This document shows, piece after piece, positions 19,577 to 30,200 of a stretch of 64,000 bases of DNA. A program made the translations under genes and the position numbers. Source of the stretch: Chitinophagales bacterium (GTDB lineage: Bacteria > Bacteroidota > Bacteroidia > Chitinophagales > LD1); contig JAXLUK010000001.1 of the NCBI GenBank assembly GCA_046329555.1, positions 22,855 to 86,854 of the forward strand. The letters run 5' to 3'. The notes below the pieces were generated by a model. The model saw nothing but the letters and a program-made list of their open reading frames with translations, made no database searches and was not told the origin of the DNA. Within the stretch, counting starts at the first letter, position 1, and the number at the start of each line of letters is the position of its first letter.

Positions 19577-20473
19577 TTACAAAGCCCGGAAAACTTCCAG
19601 TAACTGACTTCCTGCTAACCCATTTTCTTCAAGGTGCCAGCGCTGGCTGCCGTAGCGGCCGCTGAGATATCCTTTTACGTATAAAGGTATATACCGCGTA
19701 ACCGGCATTTGCTGTTGCAGCAACTGTGAAGCCAGGGCTTCGTGCATGCCGCACTGGCCTTGATGTTCTTCTATGGTAATCACCGTTCCGGAAACTGCAA
19801 TATCGTCAACTAATGCTTCAGGAAGCGTTTCCAGAGGCAATACACTAGTTACCCAAACCGAGTAGCCTGCGATGATTTCAGCAGGTAATTGCAGCACTTG
19901 TTCTAATACCGGACCAACGCCGATTACCACGCCCTTGTGTCCTTTTTGCAAACAACGCCATGGTGCGAAATCAGGAACCGGCATAGGTACTTTAGCGCCT
20001 AAATTCAATCTTAAATAATTCGGCCTGCCGTCGCCCAACATCATGCGTAGTGCCGGTGCCACATCTTCTGCCACAAAGGGCACGTAAACCCGCATATGGG
20101 GCAATACCCGCATAATGGCGATATCTTCGAGGTTGTGATGGGTTGCGCCCATAATACCATAACCAAAACCGCCTCCATTACCCACCAGTTTTACAGGCAA
20201 TTTGTGTAGACATACATCATCGCGCACCTGCTCGTAAGGCCGGTGTGTAACAAAGGGCGAAATAGAATACACCAACGGAATGAAGCCCTCATGCGCCAGG
20301 CCCGCAGCTACGGTCACCATGTTCTGTTCAGCAACGCCGGCATTGATGAAATGCGAACCAAAGCGTTCCTGCACTTTCTCTAAAGCCATATAGCCTAAAT
20401 CACCGGTAAGAAACACCAGTGCATCCACTTCTTGCTTCAACGCAATGACCGCTTGTGCAAATTCATTTCTCAT
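19577..20473 (-). CDS. transketolase family protein, C-terminal (pyrimidine-binding) subunit
   Basis: GVAEQNMVTVAAGLA and the overall layout of split-transketolase subunit B. It overlaps the N-terminal subunit gene by 4 nt. Confidence 0.9.
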   Translation of the reverse strand: MRNEFAQAVIALKQEVDALVFLTGDLGYMALEKVQERFGSHFINAGVAEQNMVTVAAGLAHEGFIPLVYSISPFVTHRPYEQVRDDVCLHKLPVKLVGNGGGFGYGIMGATHHNLEDIAIMRVLPHMRVYVPFVAEDVAPALRMMLGDGRPNYLRLNLGAKVPMPVPDFAPWRCLQKGHKGVVIGVGPVLEQVLQLPAEIIAGYSVWVTSVLPLETLPEALVDDIAVSGTVITIEEHQGQCGMHEALASQLLQQQMPVTRYIPLYVKGYLSGRYGSQRWHLEENGLAGSQLLEVFRAL

Positions 20474-21285
20474 GACTGCAGCGCTTCTTTATCTTTCATA
20501 TACTGTGCCTGAACAGCCGATTTGATTTGTTCAAAATGTTCCTTCATGGGTAAGTAATGACTATCCAGCCGATCTTCGTATGCGGCCCAAGAGCGCCCTT
20601 TGCGCGTTTCGCAGATTATGGCCAATGGCCGGCTATCAGCCATTTTCAAAGCCGCTTCCATGGCATTAAAATCATGCCCATTACAAACAACTACCTGAAA
20701 TCCAAAAGCGCGAATTTTTTCATCTAATGGCTCTAATTGCAATACTTGCTCTGTTCTGCCATAACCCTGAAGCCGGTTCCTGTCAATCATCCAAACCACG
20801 TTGTGCAATTGATGATGGGCAATAAATAATGCCGCCTCCCAGGTACTTCCTTCATCAATTTCCCCATCACTGGTTAAGCAGAAGATTCGCTTCCCTGATT
20901 GCTTCAATTTCGCTGCTAATCCCAGTCCGGCAGCCAGCGACAGCCCATGTCCCAAACTGCCAGTGGCAAAGGGAATGCCCTTTATTTTATTCGTAGGTGG
21001 ATGAGCAGCCAGATGGGTATTATCTTTATAGAAAGTTTTAATCTGTTCTTCACTAATCACACCGGCTTCAGCCAAAACACTATACAAGGCGGCTGCAGCG
21101 TGCCCTTTTGAAAGAATCACCTCATCATTTTCGCGCATGGCGTGAAACTTAATGAAGGTGAGCATTTCAGCACACGATAGCGAACACCCTACATGTCCTG
21201 CCGTGGCCGACTGATACATATCCAGAAACCGATTCTTAACAGAAAAGGCCCTGTTTAATAATTCCAGATGTTGCTGCGCATCCAT
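20470..21285 (-). CDS. transketolase, N-terminal (ThDP-binding) subunit
   Basis: GHVGCSLS, GSLGHGLS and SDGEIDEGS motifs. Confidence 0.9.
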   Translation of the reverse strand: MDAQQHLELLNRAFSVKNRFLDMYQSATAGHVGCSLSCAEMLTFIKFHAMRENDEVILSKGHAAAALYSVLAEAGVISEEQIKTFYKDNTHLAAHPPTNKIKGIPFATGSLGHGLSLAAGLGLAAKLKQSGKRIFCLTSDGEIDEGSTWEAALFIAHHQLHNVVWMIDRNRLQGYGRTEQVLQLEPLDEKIRAFGFQVVVCNGHDFNAMEAALKMADSRPLAIICETRKGRSWAAYEDRLDSHYLPMKEHFEQIKSAVQAQYMKDKEALQS

Positions 21286-21306
21286 TAGCGGTGCAATTAT
21301 AGCGTT

Positions 21307-21927
21307 TTATAGGCGGTGCGCCCATCGGTTTTTTACTAACAGAAAACAGCCCAGAGCCACTGCCGTACCCAAAATAGCGCCAGCATATACATCGCGGTAG
21401 AAATGCTGCAGCAAATAAACCCTACTCAGCGCCACCAATCCAGCCAACAACAATAAAATGGTTTGCTGCCAGCCCTTGGTGTAATGCAACCCCAGGGCTA
21501 CCGCCATGGCAAAAGCAGTGGAAGTATGGCCAGAGGGAAAACTGTGTTGCCGGAGGATTTCAAGTCCGGGTACAAAGTTCAGCGTAACCGACTCAGGGAA
21601 GAAGCGCGATGGGCGCACTGCGTCCGGGAAACAGTATAATTTCAGGAAGGCTGTAAGCACTCCATTCAAAGATAAAGCAGCGGCGTAAACCACGATTCCA
21701 TGCCTATTCTTATTCCACAGTAACAGGATGGCTCCGGCAACAATGCCCTGCCACTCGGCCAAACGCGTAACGGCTACAAAAAAATAATCCAACATTGGAG
21801 CGTGATGCTCACTCATCCAAAGCGTTTCCCGTCCTTGATGATAAAACATCAACACCAGCCCTCCCAGCGCCAGCACCAGTAGCTGAATGATAAAATAGAA
21901 TTGATTTTCGCGCCAGGTAGCCCGCAT
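21307..21927 (-). CDS. PAP2 family membrane phosphatase
   Basis: Acid-phosphatase motifs SFPSGHTS and SRVYLLQHFYRDV, with several TM helices. Confidence 0.8.
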   Translation of the reverse strand: MRATWRENQFYFIIQLLVLALGGLVLMFYHQGRETLWMSEHHAPMLDYFFVAVTRLAEWQGIVAGAILLLWNKNRHGIVVYAAALSLNGVLTAFLKLYCFPDAVRPSRFFPESVTLNFVPGLEILRQHSFPSGHTSTAFAMAVALGLHYTKGWQQTILLLLAGLVALSRVYLLQHFYRDVYAGAILGTAVALGCFLLVKNRWAHRL

Positions 21928-21966
21928 GGATGCAATTTAGTAAGCCATTTAGTATTTTATACATTC

Positions 21967-22056
21967 GCACCGTTTCCGGGGGCGTTTGCTGCGGCAATCT
22001 GAGAAGTACCCTTCGAACCTGATCACGGTAATGCGTGCGCAGGGAGCGAAAAGTGC
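21967..22056 (+). promoter_or_regulatory. TPP (THI-box) riboswitch
   Basis: GGGGGCG...CTGAGA(21998-22003)...ACCCTTCGAACCTGATCACGGTAATGCGTGCGCAGGGA(22008-22045). The candidate P1 stem is GCAC(21967-70)/GTGC(22053-56) and P5 is CACG/CGTG. It ends 28 nt before the receptor ATG at 22084. Confidence 0.8.
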
Positions 22057-22083
22057 CAGGGCACGTGTAAATCCGGGAGCAAC

Positions 22084-24339
22084 ATGTTTATGAAAATAGG
22101 CTACCTGATGGCATGGCTTCCGTTGATTACTTTGGCGCAACAGCCCGCAGATTCTACCCAATCCATTATAAGCGCTGATGTAGTGGTGACAGCAAACCGT
22201 GCTGCAACCAATGACCCCACCACCAAACAAACCGTTACAGCTGCTACTTTGCAGAAAAACAATTTCGGCCAGGACCTGCCGTACCTGCTGGATCAAACGC
22301 CAGCGCTGGTGACCACATCCGACGCCGGCACGGGAATTGGGTACACCGGACTGCGTATACGCGGAACGGATGCCTCGCGAATCAACGTCACCATTAACGG
22401 CGTTCCCATTAATGATGCGGAATCACAGCAAATGTATTGGGTGGATATGCCCGATATCGCCTCCAGCACGAATGACATTCAGATCCAACGAGGTGTTGGA
22501 AGTTCCACCAACGGATCGGGTGCCTTCGGCGCATCCGTAAACGTGCGTACGCAGACCGCTTCCTTGCGGCCTTTTGCCGCCTGGAGTTCGTCGTTCGGTA
22601 GCTTTGCTACGCAGAAACACACCATAAAAGCGGGAACAGGCTTCTTCGGAAAATACTTTTTTGTGGAGGGACGCGCATCGATGATTCGTTCCAATGGCTA
22701 TGTTGACCGGGCTAGTGCCAACCTATGGTCGTATTGGGTTGCTGCGGGATTTATGTACAAACAGGCGATGCTGCGTTTCGTGCATTTCAACGGACAGGAA
22801 AAAACATATCAATCATGGTATGGTACGCCACAAGATTCACTCACCACAAATCGTCGCTTCAATTTAGCAGGCACCGATTACGGTGCCAATCCAGTGCCAT
22901 GGAATAACCAGGTTGACCGCTACGGCCAGCAATATTTCCAGCTGATTTACACGCAAGGGATAGGGAAAAAATGGGCATTGAATATAACCCCGTTTGTTAC
23001 CCTGGGCAAAGGTTATTACGAAGAATTTAAAGTGCAACAGGAATTAAGCCGGTATAAGGTGACAGACACCACCGCTTATGCTGATGTAATCAGGAGGCGA
23101 TGGCTGAACAATAAATTCTTTGGAACTGTATTTTCACTTCGTTTTGAAGATAAAAAGTGGCAAGCCACCTTGGGCGGTATGGCCGCTCAATATGAAGGGA
23201 AACATTATGGCACTGTTTTCTGGGCACAACAAGTGGCCGTAAATCCAAACCAGCATTATTACGATAGTCGTTCACATAAAACAGATGCCAACATCTACCT
23301 TAAAGCCAATTATCAACCGGTACAATGGCTAAACATTTACGCCGATGTGCAATATCGATTTGTGCAACACCTGATGAAAGGGAACGACAACGACGGACAG
23401 CAGTTTGATTTAAAATATACCTACCACTTTTTTAATCCGAAAGCGGGCGTAACATTTCATCTGAGCAAAACCAGCAGCGCCTACGCCTCTTATGCGCAGA
23501 CTACCCGGGAGCCTTCTCGCGACGATTTCATTTCTAACCTGAATCAGGTTGCACCAAAACCGGAACGTTTGCATGACATTGAGGCTGGATATGTATTTAC
23601 TGACCATTGGCATGGGTTGAACTGGCAGGTCTCGTTTCCATTTCAGGCGAATGTCTACTACATGCATTATCAAAACCAGTTAGTGGTAACCGGCAAACTG
23701 AATGATGTAGGCAATCCGGTACGTGTTAATGTGCCGATAAGTTACCGCGCTGGATTGGAATGGTGGGGGCAAATGCAGTTGCGCCATGGCCGCGACTGGC
23801 TGCATTTGAATTACCAACTGGCCTTTAATTATTCCAGAATTAAAAATTATTCAGCATACATTCCGGCTTACGACGAGAATTACACGCCTGTACCAATAGC
23901 CTCCTCCACCAAGCTGTACAAAAACACCGCCATCGCCTTCTCTCCGAATTGGGTGTTGGGTATTGAGCCAGAAATTTTCCCGGTTAAGGGTTTGAGCGCC
24001 GCGTGGAGTTTTAAATATATCAGCAGGCAGTATCTGGATAATACCCAGAGCAACGACCGGGCTATCCCAGCCTATTGGTATAGCAATTTGCGCTTTAGTT
24101 ATACGTTGCCGTTTTTTACAAGATGGAAGAAAACCGACCAGCCAATCACCAAAAATGGTGAAGTGCGTTTCAACTTTTTAGTAACCAATTTGTTCAATAA
24201 ACAATACGTTAGCAATGGTTACACCTATCGCGAAATCTATCAATCTGCCGATGGCACGGTTAGCGGTCCATACCACTACAACTACTACTACCCACAGGCA
24301 GGAGTGGCATTTTACGGAGGCATCGACCTTCGCTTTTAG
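22084..24339 (+). CDS. TonB-dependent outer-membrane receptor (riboswitch-controlled, candidate thiamine/precursor receptor)
   Basis: Signal peptide, plug-domain motifs (GLRIRGTDASRINVTINGVPINDAESQ), a long beta-barrel and a C-terminal ...GGIDLRF. Confidence 0.9.
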   Translation: MFMKIGYLMAWLPLITLAQQPADSTQSIISADVVVTANRAATNDPTTKQTVTAATLQKNNFGQDLPYLLDQTPALVTTSDAGTGIGYTGLRIRGTDASRINVTINGVPINDAESQQMYWVDMPDIASSTNDIQIQRGVGSSTNGSGAFGASVNVRTQTASLRPFAAWSSSFGSFATQKHTIKAGTGFFGKYFFVEGRASMIRSNGYVDRASANLWSYWVAAGFMYKQAMLRFVHFNGQEKTYQSWYGTPQDSLTTNRRFNLAGTDYGANPVPWNNQVDRYGQQYFQLIYTQGIGKKWALNITPFVTLGKGYYEEFKVQQELSRYKVTDTTAYADVIRRRWLNNKFFGTVFSLRFEDKKWQATLGGMAAQYEGKHYGTVFWAQQVAVNPNQHYYDSRSHKTDANIYLKANYQPVQWLNIYADVQYRFVQHLMKGNDNDGQQFDLKYTYHFFNPKAGVTFHLSKTSSAYASYAQTTREPSRDDFISNLNQVAPKPERLHDIEAGYVFTDHWHGLNWQVSFPFQANVYYMHYQNQLVVTGKLNDVGNPVRVNVPISYRAGLEWWGQMQLRHGRDWLHLNYQLAFNYSRIKNYSAYIPAYDENYTPVPIASSTKLYKNTAIAFSPNWVLGIEPEIFPVKGLSAAWSFKYISRQYLDNTQSNDRAIPAYWYSNLRFSYTLPFFTRWKKTDQPITKNGEVRFNFLVTNLFNKQYVSNGYTYREIYQSADGTVSGPYHYNYYYPQAGVAFYGGIDLRF

Positions 24340-24372
24340 AAAAAGGACAATAAAGTACTTTCTTTGCACCCT

Positions 24373-25353
24373 ATGAAACCGTTGTATTCCTTATATATTT
24401 TACTGCTGGCCGCCCTATGGATGGCCTCTTGTACCAAGGAAATTAACGGGAAATTGCCTGATACCGGAACGCACTTAGTTGTAGATGGCTACATAGAAAA
24501 AGGTCAGCCTCCTATCGTGATTCTCACCAGAAGTTCAAAGGTTTTCGGTGACCTGAACATCAATAACCTTTCCGCATTTTTTGTTCACGGGGCCAAGATT
24601 AGCATCACCCGTGATTCTACCGATAAATATGATTTACAGGAAATTTGCCTTCGCGACCTCCCGCTACCCGACTCGCAAAAAGTAGTGCTCTTGCGCTCAT
24701 TGGGAATTCTTGTTTTCGATTCTAACAAGGTTCCTGATGTATGCGCGTATAGCCTGCCAGCCACAGATCTTATCAATTATTTCACTTCCGGAACCTGCAC
24801 CCTGTGTGGTGCCGTAAATCACCGCTACGATTTAAGTGTAGAAGCCGGTGATCAAAATGTAACCGCAACAACCACTATCCCTTCCGGCAATGGCATCGAC
24901 AGCTTAAGTATAGGATATCCCACTGCGGCAGCATTAGATTCGTTCGCAGAGGTTAAGATTACCGTGACGGTCCCTCCTTCTTATGGTAATTTCATCAGAT
25001 ATTGGACGAAAAGGAATGACGAACCATTCTACCCTCCTCAATCACAATCGGTTTACGATGACAAACTATTTGTAGGAAAAACCTATACACTGCCCATGGA
25101 GCGCGGATATCCGGCCTATGAAAAAATTGATCCGCAGTATTTTGGTTATTTCCGGAAAGGCGATACGGTGCAACTGAAGTGGGCGCATATCGACAGCAAG
25201 ACTTACGACTTTTTCTATAGTTTGGAAAGCGATGGCAGTCAAACCCCATTCACGTCCTACCTGGTAGCACCGAGTAATATTCGCGGGGGGCTGGGGATTT
25301 GGGCTGGATATAATTCCAGCTATTATAAAATCATCATCCCGCCTATGCAATAG
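24373..25353 (+). CDS. lipoprotein, DUF4249-like, cotranscribed with the TonB receptor
   Basis: MKPLYSLYILLLAALWMASC is a lipobox. It starts 34 nt after the receptor stop. The N-terminal pattern LVVDGYIEKGQPPIVILTRS resembles the DUF4249 family from memory only (no HMM run). Confidence 0.65.
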   Translation: MKPLYSLYILLLAALWMASCTKEINGKLPDTGTHLVVDGYIEKGQPPIVILTRSSKVFGDLNINNLSAFFVHGAKISITRDSTDKYDLQEICLRDLPLPDSQKVVLLRSLGILVFDSNKVPDVCAYSLPATDLINYFTSGTCTLCGAVNHRYDLSVEAGDQNVTATTTIPSGNGIDSLSIGYPTAAALDSFAEVKITVTVPPSYGNFIRYWTKRNDEPFYPPQSQSVYDDKLFVGKTYTLPMERGYPAYEKIDPQYFGYFRKGDTVQLKWAHIDSKTYDFFYSLESDGSQTPFTSYLVAPSNIRGGLGIWAGYNSSYYKIIIPPMQ

Positions 25354-26002
25354 CCCCTGCCAGGAATTGATTTAACGGCCTTCCGGCACTGAAAATTTTC
25401 AGCACAGTTTTATCGAAATTCCTTGACAACACATCCTCCTTAGTTAAAGCCTTCATGTAGTAAAACTGCTTGTTCGCAATGAGTGGTTGTTCAACAAGAA
25501 AGTCTTTGTATTCAGAAGGAATCATTTTATTGGTTTCACCTTGCACCGTACCGAAAGTAGATCGGAATGTTTTATTATTTACGAGAGCAGAAAAGTCGGC
25601 GTTATTGTAATAAATCTCCTGCCTGATTTTTATCAGTTCTTCTTTTCCCGGCTGATACCAGCCTCCCCCAACAAAGATTTCCTTAGCGCCTAAATGCATA
25701 TAGTAGCCCACACCGTTGTCGGTAGTTCCACCCTTGGCAAAAATAGCACCAACATTGTTTTTGTAGGGCGATTTATCTTTTGAAAAACGAATGTCACGGT
25801 TAATCCTGAAAATGGCTTTGGAGGGATTGGTGTTAACCGCTTCTCCCTGAGCTACGAGTTCCTCAATAATTTTGGTCACAAACGCTCTAAAGGGTGCTTT
25901 AACATGGGTTTCATAATCATCCCGATGCGCATCAAACCAAGGTTTGTTATTGTTCTTTTCTAATTGCTGGAAAAACGTAAAAAAACGAGGCGTAAAAAAC
26001 AT
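25343..26002 (-). CDS. DUF2461 (TIGR02453) family protein
   Basis: The N-terminus FFTFFQQLEKNNNKPWFDAHRDDYETHVKAPF is typical of the family. Confidence 0.8.
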   Translation of the reverse strand: MFFTPRFFTFFQQLEKNNNKPWFDAHRDDYETHVKAPFRAFVTKIIEELVAQGEAVNTNPSKAIFRINRDIRFSKDKSPYKNNVGAIFAKGGTTDNGVGYYMHLGAKEIFVGGGWYQPGKEELIKIRQEIYYNNADFSALVNNKTFRSTFGTVQGETNKMIPSEYKDFLVEQPLIANKQFYYMKALTKEDVLSRNFDKTVLKIFSAGRPLNQFLAGAIA

Positions 26003-26024
26003 AAATCAAATTTGAATGAACCTT

Positions 26025-27092
26025 TTAGGCCAGTGCGGCACCCGCTTGCGTTGTTTTATAACGGGCAATATGAGCATGCATTACTTTAAACCATAGCGGC
26101 GGAAACAATGAGAGCACCATCATTCCGGGATAGCCGGTAGGCATCTGCGGACTTTCATCAAAATGCCGAAGTACCTGATACTTTCTTGATGCCATGTAAT
26201 GATGATCGCTGTGGCGGGTGAGTTCGAATAACATCATCCTGCCAATGGGGTGGTTGGAATTCCACGAATGAACAGGCAGTACTTTTTCATAGTATTCGCC
26301 GTCAATTTTCTTTCTGCGTAACCCGTAATGTTCAATGTAATTAACCGTTTCCAGCAGCAAAAATCCAACCGTGGCCGACATTAAATACAGCGCCAGAATT
26401 TTGAGTCCAAAGGCTACTCCAATTCCTATCACCACTGCAAATTGAATTAACTGATATTGCAACATTTCATTTTGCAAGTAATACCAGGGCAGCGTGAGTT
26501 TGCGCAACCGGTCGTTCTCCAAACGCCACGCCGAGCGCCAGCTATTCACTACAGATCTAATCCAGAAACCATATAACGTTTCGCCGTACCGCGCCGAAGC
26601 CGGATCATCATCCGTAGATACATTTTTATGATGCCCGCGATTGTGTTCTATAAAGAAATGCAGGTACAGCGTGGTGAGTAATAATAATTTCGACATCAGT
26701 TGCTCGTGCCGGGTGGCCCGATGGCCCAATTCATGCGCTACATTAATGCCGAAAACTCCGCAAGCAATGCCAAAAGCCAGCGTCATACCCAAGGTTTCCC
26801 ATAAAGGCATCGCTACTGTTTTGAGCCGGTACAGAAAAATGCCCCACATGATATATTGAATCGGAACGACAATCCACAAGATATAATCGAACACAGGCGA
26901 TTTCTTTAGCACCTCCTCCTCTTCTCTCGAATAATTTTCCGTGGTGCCTTCCATAAACAATTCAAAGGTCGGAATCAAAAAGAAGGCGTAAACAGGCGCA
27001 AAAAACACCCAATAACTCCCTGCCGTAATTGAAATCAGAATAACAAAAACACTTACAAAAGCTGAAGTGTAGCGCAATACCCGGAGATTCAT
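26025..27092 (-). CDS. AlkB-like alkane 1-monooxygenase / membrane fatty-acid desaturase family
   Basis: His boxes HELGHR, EHNRGHH and RHSDHH, with about 6 TM segments. Confidence 0.8.
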   Translation of the reverse strand: MNLRVLRYTSAFVSVFVILISITAGSYWVFFAPVYAFFLIPTFELFMEGTTENYSREEEEVLKKSPVFDYILWIVVPIQYIMWGIFLYRLKTVAMPLWETLGMTLAFGIACGVFGINVAHELGHRATRHEQLMSKLLLLTTLYLHFFIEHNRGHHKNVSTDDDPASARYGETLYGFWIRSVVNSWRSAWRLENDRLRKLTLPWYYLQNEMLQYQLIQFAVVIGIGVAFGLKILALYLMSATVGFLLLETVNYIEHYGLRRKKIDGEYYEKVLPVHSWNSNHPIGRMMLFELTRHSDHHYMASRKYQVLRHFDESPQMPTGYPGMMVLSLFPPLWFKVMHAHIARYKTTQAGAALA

Positions 27093-27106
27093 AATTACTG
27101 TTTTAG

Positions 27107-27161
27107 GCAGGTGGAAAAGTAATGAAAATTAATTTCCGATTAATTGTAATTTCCTACCTGC
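27107..27161. promoter_or_regulatory. nested inverted repeats in the divergent alkB-like / A2M intergenic region
   Basis: The outer arms are GCAGGTGGAAA (27107-17) and TTTCCTACCTGC (27150-61); the inner arms are AATTAAT and ATTAATT (27127-45). Confidence 0.3.
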
Positions 27162-27205
27162 TTTTCCGTTCCAATTGTAAACAAAACCGTAACCCAAAAA
27201 GTTCC

Positions 27206-30200
27206 ATGAAACGTTTGCTTCCGCTGCTTCTCTTAGCAGTACTTGCCTCCTGTAATCAAAACCGGGTAAAACTATCATCAACCAACGCCCGCGAAGAAGT
27301 TCCGGTATTGGGGAATCTGATTTTTACATTCGACCGCGACCTGGTTCCCGATAGTTTGCTGAACAGATGGGACAGCACCGCCTATCTGGAGTTTACCCCC
27401 GCCATCACCGGAAGATTCCAATGGCAGAGCCCGTATGAACTCATTTTTTCACCAGACCGCGAGCTATTGCCTTCTACCGCTTACAAAGCAGTGATGACGT
27501 CAAAACTCACTGCCCGTTCCCGCTACCATCTCGGCTATAGTGATGCACTATCATTTCACACACCCTGGCAGCAAATGATTCAGGCGCAAGGTATGTGGGC
27601 ACTACCCAGCGAAAACGCCACACAGCCGGTGATTCAAACCGAAGTAGTTTTCAACTATCCCGTTTCTGCCGATGCTGTACAAAAGCACGTCCACCTTTTC
27701 ATTGATGGGAAGGAACACGCATACCAACTGACACAAAAATCGGATGCCAAATTATTCCGTTTACAAATAAATGATGTACGCCCCGACGAAAGCGACCATG
27801 GTTTAGTGGTGCAGGCTACGGCCGGCCTACCCGCAATTGGCGGAACAACAGGGAGCATAGAAGAAACCAAGCTAACCAGCGCCCTTGCTTCTCCTTACCG
27901 ACTAACCATTACAGGAGCAGAAGCGAACCACGATGGCACCGAAGGCACCATCCATTTCTACACATCACAACAGCCTTTGGCTCAAGACCTCGCCGCCGCT
28001 ATACATATCACACCAGCCGCTACCTTTAAAACGCAGATAACGGAAGACGGATTTCTGATTGTATCCGACAAATTCAATGCTGAAAATTCCTACAACGTAA
28101 CCATTAACCCAGGCTTAAAAGGTCGTTTGGGAGGCACCTTGCGCGATGAGTTCACACAAACTTTCATGTTCGGAGAATTGGAACCAGCTATAAAATTCAC
28201 CAATAACAAAGGGGTTTATCTTACACCAGCCGGATCAAAGAATATTGAAGTGAGTTTGATTAATGTTCCGAAGGTTACCGTTTCTGTGTATAAAATTTAT
28301 GAAAATAACCTGATGGCAGCGCTGCGCTTCGGCCAGTCGGATTACAACTATGAAGATTACTATTATAGCGACAATGCCTTGCGGTCTGAGTTCTCATTGG
28401 GCGATGTAGTCTATGAGAAATCTATTGAAACGCAATCGCTGCCGCGACGGGGAAGTTCGCGTTTATTAAAATTTGATTTCCCTGATGCCCTGAAAGATTA
28501 TAAGGGCTTGTACCGCGTCACCATCCGAAGTGATCAACAATATTATTTGAGCGAATCGCGATTTGTATCATTATCGGATATTGGTTTAATCAGTAAGCAG
28601 AACGCCGATAAAATATGGGTGTTTGCAAATTCCATTCACAGTGCCCAATCGCTGCCCGGTGTAACCATTACCGTTATGGGCGCCAACAATCAAAAAATAG
28701 GTTCTGGAACAACCGACAAAAACGGGGTAGCCGAGATTACGATATCCAAACGCGATCAGAATGGCTTTAAGCCAACCATGATTATGGCCAAAACGGCTAC
28801 CGATTTCAATTTCCTGCCATTTAGTTCTACACAAGTTGAAACTTCGCGATTTGATGTTGGCGGAAAAAATATCAATGCTTCCACACTGGACGCCTTCATC
28901 TACAGTGAACGCGATATGTACCGACCGGGCGAAAAAATCAACCTGAGTTGTATTGTGCGCAACAGCTTATGGCAAAGTCCGGGGCAGGTACCGGTAAAAA
29001 TGACCATACTGCTTCCAAACGGACAAGAATTAAAGACCATCCGAAAAACGCTGAATGAAGAAGGAAGCATGGAAGCAGCTATTGAATTATCGCCAGCGGC
29101 CATTACAGGTTCTTATACCGTTGAGGTCTATACCGCAAATGATGTGTTGTTAAACAGTACTAACTTGTTGGTGGAAGAATTTATGCCAGACCGAATTAAA
29201 GTAACTGCTTCATTAAATCAACCAGCGCTGCAACCCGGGCAAACCGCTCAACTAGATATTTTAGCGGAAAATTATTTTGGTCCGCCTGCTGCCAACCGCA
29301 ATTACGAAGTAGAAATTCAGGTACACACCAAAAACTTCTCACCAAAGCAATATCCTGGTTTTGATTTTTCATTAAATACAGGTGATAATTTCAACACCAT
29401 CAACCGGGAAGGTAAGACAGATGATCAGGGCCGCGCTAAAGAGAGCTGGACAGTTCCTGCAGAGTACGCCAATAACGGCATTCTGGAAGCGGGTTTTTAT
29501 ACTACCGTTTTTGATGAATCCGGAAGACCAGTAAATCGTAAATGCGGCGCCGCTATTTATACACAACCCGTTTTTGTTGGCTTAGGAAGCACCGAGTATT
29601 ACTGTCCGGTGAATCAAGTCATGCAGATTCCGATCATTGCTTTAAATAAAGATGAACAGCCAGTTGCCACCAAGGCGCATTTGCTTATTCTAAAAAGAGA
29701 ATACAAAACCGTTTTGTCTAAATCAGGTTCTTATTATCGGTATGAATCGCAGCAAGAAGTAAAGACTATCGTGAACGAAGACATTGTGCTGCCTGCTGGT
29801 ACCAGGCAATATCCCTTCATTCCAAAAACTTCTGGTGATTACGAAATTCAGCTGTCAGTTCCAGGCGTAAACAGGTTTGTAAGTCACACCTTCTTCAGTT
29901 ATGGCTGGGGCCTGGAATCCTCATCCTTCGATGTAAACAACGAAGGTCAGGTAGATATTTCGCTGGATAAAGCAAAATACAAAACCGGTGAGTCAGCCAA
30001 GATTCTGTTTAAAACACCTTTCAACGGAAAACTATTGGTGACCATCGAAACCGATAAAGTTTTGGAACATTTTTATCTGCAAACAGAAAAGCGTACCGCT
30101 AGTGCTTCCATCGACATTAAGCCTGGATTTCTTCCTAACGCCTACATTACGGCAACACTGATTAAACCCCATGAAGAAACGGAATTGCCTTTAACTGTTG

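Noticed and set aside
19577-21285. Transketolase split into two ORFs, considered as a frameshifted pseudogene.
   Set aside because: The two-subunit arrangement, with an N-terminal ThDP-binding subunit, a C-terminal subunit and a 4-nt overlap, is a common natural configuration. Both halves have intact motifs and proper start and stop codons.
22084-24339. The possibility that the leader is a cobalamin riboswitch, which is the more usual partner of TonB receptors.
   Set aside because: The conserved blocks present are CTGAGA and ACCTGATC...GGTAATG...GCGCAGGGA, which are THI-box features. I see no B12-box (GCCACTG-type) element.
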